DNA of 46,717 nucleotides from Gammaproteobacteria bacterium (GTDB lineage Bacteria; Pseudomonadota; Gammaproteobacteria; JAUHZG01): NCBI GenBank assembly GCA_030425845.1, contig JAUHZG010000002.1, positions 1 to 46,717 of the forward strand, read 5' to 3'. Shown piece by piece: positions 43,649 to 46,717 of this stretch (position 1 is its first letter; each line of letters starts with the position of its first letter). The notes under the pieces were generated by a model. It saw only the letters and a program-made list of their open reading frames with translations, ran no database searches and was not told where the DNA came from. The position numbers and the translations under genes were made by a program.

Positions 43649-44410
43649 TCATACCGGATTATCGATATCGACAAAACTCACCTTTAGCTCTGGAAACGTC
43701 TCTTGGCATTTGGCCGCCAGCGCTTGCACCCCATATCGCTCTGTCGCATGGTGACCGGCAGCAAAATAATGCGTAGCATTTTCTTTGGCGGCATGAAACG
43801 TCGGCTCACTGACTTCACCTGAGATAAAGGCATCGATACCCGCTTCTATTGCATACTCGATAAACTTATCCGCACCACCAGTACACCAAGCCACCGTCTG
43901 AATAGCATCATCCTCACGTGCGATATGCAGTGGCTCACGTTTTAATGCAGACCCAATTGTTCGAGCCAATGCTTTTGCACTTACAGGCTGCTCCAACGTT
44001 GCGTAAGGAAGCAGCCCAGGCATCTCATTTTCATTTAAGTAACCGGTAATAGTTAAGCCTAACTGCTGTGCCAGCATGGCATTATTTCCCACCTCAGGAT
44101 GTACATCTAATGGTAAATGATAAGCAAATAAGTTGATGTCGTGAGTTAATAACGCTTTAATGCGTTTTGCTTTCATACCTGTGAGGGTTTCTTTTTCCCC
44201 TTTCCAGAAATAACCATGATGCACCAAGATAGCATCTGCCTGCTGCGCGATAGCGGCATCAATCAGCGCCTGACAAGCACTCACTCCCGCCACCAGTTTT
44301 CTGATCTCTGACTTACCTTCCACCTGTAATCCATTGGGACAATAATCTTTGAGAGCTTTGGGCTGTAAAATGTCATTGAAAAACTGTTGTAGTGTCGTGC
44401 GAGTAACCAT
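43649..44410 (-). CDS. ybgI: Nif3-like dinuclear metal-centre protein (YbgI / GTP cyclohydrolase 1 type 2 homologue)
   Basis: DYCPNGLQVEG, ILVHHGYFWKGE, YHLPLDVHPEVGNNA and AAGHHATERYG are collinear with E. coli YbgI (from memory). Confidence 0.85.
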   Translation of the reverse strand: MVTRTTLQQFFNDILQPKALKDYCPNGLQVEGKSEIRKLVAGVSACQALIDAAIAQQADAILVHHGYFWKGEKETLTGMKAKRIKALLTHDINLFAYHLPLDVHPEVGNNAMLAQQLGLTITGYLNENEMPGLLPYATLEQPVSAKALARTIGSALKREPLHIAREDDAIQTVAWCTGGADKFIEYAIEAGIDAFISGEVSEPTFHAAKENATHYFAAGHHATERYGVQALAAKCQETFPELKVSFVDIDNPV

Positions 44411-44698
44411 GTCATTCCTAATTGCTGGCAAAACTACAAAGTAACATAGATCACCAAAGCACGAGAACTCCGGCAAAGTTACCCACAATTCCTGTGGATA
44501 AATCTGTTAGCAAGGCTAGAGTAAACCGCCACAGAAGAGAGTTTTCGCTCAAACCACTTCCCTGACAGCATTTTCACCTAAAACTAATATTGACTATATT
44601 TCAATAGGTTACATTGTTTTCGCTAGCCTTGAACCCGTTTTTGAGCAAAAATCAACCTGATTTCATCCCCCCTCCCTTAAAATGTGTATAAGAGGGAC

Positions 44699-44726
44699 TT
44701 GAAACTTTATTTCATCGCAGTACAAT
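44699..44726 (+). promoter_or_regulatory. Sigma70-like promoter of the terminal long ORF
   Basis: TTGAAA (44699..44704), a 16-nt spacer, then TACAAT (44721..44726). It lies about 80 nt upstream of the ATG at 44806. Confidence 0.4.
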
Positions 44727-44805
44727 GCGTACAAATATTTACCAAATTTCGGCGAGCCACCGCCCGTGCACTACTGCCAAACGATAGCGCACTCAAGGTA
44801 CTGTT

Positions 44806-46717
44806 ATGCATGATTCCAAACGTAAAAAACTCAATACCACTACCTATTTAGGGGCCATAATCCAAGCACAAGGTTTTGCCTTCTCTAGCTATCAATCGAT
44901 GATCCAGCTCACTGATAGCGTTGGGCTAAGCACCTCTGTTGCCGCCTGTATCTCATTTAGTATGTTTTACGAAATAATCACCTTCGATAAACGCAACGTC
45001 ATACGTTACTGGGAAGATCCAGAGACAGGTCAAGACAGCGCCTCTCGACGCGCTGGCAATTTAGAGAGTCATGCACCTGCTCTCTCTCCCAAGGAAAAAT
45101 TTTGGGTAACTGTAAAAGACATCTTCATTGCTGCACTCGCTTTGGGACGCTTCTTCTTAGGTAATTATTTTTTCTTATCTGAGTTTGTTTCCTTTATCGA
45201 ACAAATTAACGATCATGACACTGAACCTCACACCAGTTATCCAACTGGGGCAAGCTTTTGGCTAGCTTATACTGCATTCTTCCTTCTTATCACAACACCT
45301 TATGTTTATTGTAGTGATATCTTAGGAGCAACCGAAGATGAGGACGCACACGACGCATTGTACATTGCGATTGAAAGCGAGAAAAAGGTTCAGAAAAAGC
45401 CGATTGGACTCACTTACCTTATCGCGAACAGTCTCATGCAAAGCATAGGCTCTGCGGCATTTGCCTTCACTCTGTTCGCACCTTCTGTTTTAACCCTCAA
45501 CTCGGCGACACACGACTCCCGCTCATTCTTGAAACTGCTAGATCAAACCTGGTTTAGCACGCTGTTTGTCAGTCTTTGTAGCATCTTATTCGGTAATGCT
45601 ATCTTACAAGCCTATGCTTACGAAGGTAGAATGGTCTGTAGTCGCCTACGCACCTGGCTGGGCCATAAAAATCTCGCGCCGTGGCACAATACATTTAATC
45701 GCTATGCATCCCCCACATTCAGTAAAATCAACCGCTGGGGCTTTGGCATTAATTCATTGCTAGTCATTCCAGAGTGTATTTACCCTACCTATATTTTCTT
45801 AAAAACCTCAACCAACGTGTCTAAGCCTACCCGTGCCTGGATTGTTGGTTTGGGTAGTATAATCTCACTGACTGCAGTCTTTGTTGATTGGTCGACTCGA
45901 CGTGGTCATGCGGCCAACAACATTGAAAGGCCAGATAAAACCTTTTACGAAGCTGATAGCTACACCCCATACACGCGCAGTTTGTTAAACAAACTGACCA
46001 TTTCGTGTCTTGTCTGCGCGGGGATCATGTTCGAAGATGGCATGGGATGGGAGTTAGGTGCGATCATTGCGCGTGATGCTTTTGGACTCAAGGGAGTGGA
46101 ATTTAATGCCGATCTATTGGGCTTTATGGTCACCACTGGGATCTGTAATGCCACAGCGGTTTTTGGCAATTATCTCTTAGCAGAGTTAGTAGCTAGGAAG
46201 ATAATGACTTCTTCTGCTCCTAAAACTAATGGGAGAATTATGAAAGAAGCCAGCTTGGTAGCGACTTCTTCAGTATTCTCAGGAATGGCGTGGCAGTTTG
46301 CTGCCGCCGCCCTACTTTATCAATGGCAAGTCCCCTTATGGTCTGGCGCGATAGGAATTGGGTTTACTTGTGGTGCAACGTTCTTTTTAGCGATACGCGT
46401 GCTACGCAAGCTCTTTTATAACAGGTGGCTCGAGGATATTCAACACAAGAAAACCGTTAAAACCGATCTGTATAATTCCGTCACTAACATGGCGGCAAAT
46501 GCCTTCTTTGCCGTGTTAAATCCACCTAGCCACTATCACAATAGTCCGCTAACCCTTACGATTAATAACAGCAATTACTTCTTATTATTACTTGCAGGTG
46601 GCGCACTGGCACTCACCGGCGCCAGCACTTTTCGCCTGGCCACGGATTTGGTGTTGAGTTATTTTGACAACAAAACAGGGCTCGCGCCTAATGGTGCAGA
46701 GGAGGACGATTTAGAGG
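44806..46717 (+). CDS. Large polytopic membrane protein, at least 637 aa, 3' end outside the window; no recognisable family
   Basis: I read the frame codon by codon from the ATG at 44806 (MHDSKRKKLNTTTYLGAIIQAQGF...) to 46717 and found no stop. An in-frame TAG at 44785 closes it upstream. It has many hydrophobic segments, e.g. FIAALALGRFFLGNYFFL, FWLAYTAFFLLITTPYVY and WSGAIGIGFTCGATFFLAI. It is absent from the ORF track because no stop lies in the window. Confidence 0.65.
   Translation, partial: MHDSKRKKLNTTTYLGAIIQAQGFAFSSYQSMIQLTDSVGLSTSVAACISFSMFYEIITFDKRNVIRYWEDPETGQDSASRRAGNLESHAPALSPKEKFWVTVKDIFIAALALGRFFLGNYFFLSEFVSFIEQINDHDTEPHTSYPTGASFWLAYTAFFLLITTPYVYCSDILGATEDEDAHDALYIAIESEKKVQKKPIGLTYLIANSLMQSIGSAAFAFTLFAPSVLTLNSATHDSRSFLKLLDQTWFSTLFVSLCSILFGNAILQAYAYEGRMVCSRLRTWLGHKNLAPWHNTFNRYASPTFSKINRWGFGINSLLVIPECIYPTYIFLKTSTNVSKPTRAWIVGLGSIISLTAVFVDWSTRRGHAANNIERPDKTFYEADSYTPYTRSLLNKLTISCLVCAGIMFEDGMGWELGAIIARDAFGLKGVEFNADLLGFMVTTGICNATAVFGNYLLAELVARKIMTSSAPKTNGRIMKEASLVATSSVFSGMAWQFAAAALLYQWQVPLWSGAIGIGFTCGATFFLAIRVLRKLFYNRWLEDIQHKKTVKTDLYNSVTNMAANAFFAVLNPPSHYHNSPLTLTINNSNYFLLLLAGGALALTGASTFRLATDLVLSYFDNKTGLAPNGAEEDDLE

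Noticed and set aside
44493-44501. A perfect DnaA box (TGTGGATAA, the reverse complement of TTATCCACA) in the nif3-to-long-ORF spacer
   Set aside because: It is a single box with no cluster of boxes, no adjacent AT-rich 13-mer-type unwinding element, and none of the usual origin-linked genes. I do not consider it oriC. A role for DnaA in promoter control cannot be judged from one site.

Overview
This is a 46.7-kb chromosomal window from a gammaproteobacterium. All product calls come from reading motifs by eye; I ran no searches. The backbone is housekeeping genes in classic gamma-type synteny: rsmI | lpoA-yraN-diaA-dolP, rplM-rpsI, purEK, htpG with a sigma32 promoter, bamD | rluD-pgeF, degP, nif3, murF, and cydAB with a LysR regulator. 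The left edge has a P4-type integrase, cut by the window, next to tRNA-Val(GAC). Orphan genes with host-targeting (eukaryote-like) catalytic signatures sit between the housekeeping blocks. They include a Hanks-type Ser/Thr kinase, a CE-clan Ulp1-like protease, a YopJ-like protein with matching His/Asp/Cys spacing, a possible U-box membrane protein, and several large proteins with no recognisable domain. Two of these orphans have tandem TTAAT boxes of identical geometry placed like Legionella/Coxiella PmrA sites. From this I infer a Legionellales-like intracellular lifestyle with Dot/Icm-type effectors; this is inference only. Two genes are missing from the ORF track. One is a 637+-codon membrane-protein ORF that runs off the right edge (44806..46717). 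The other is a 51-codon Cys-rich peptide gene (21049..21204, minus strand). The peptide gene's stop overlaps (ATGA) the start of a DUF1399/GRDP-like gene, and it lies back-to-back with a TonB-like gene. This pair is my best candidate for an undescribed system. The window also holds three small palindromic repeat families. First, GTAG-headed REP-like hairpins, two of which are inserted in frame in the TonB-like gene. Second, a 179-bp MITE-like element plus a solo copy that supplies the cydB stop codon. Third, a 186-bp foldback that fills the bamD-rluD promoter region. Finally, a 1.2-kb AAA-ATPase cassette flanked by an 8-bp direct repeat abuts a truncated glycerophosphodiesterase gene.
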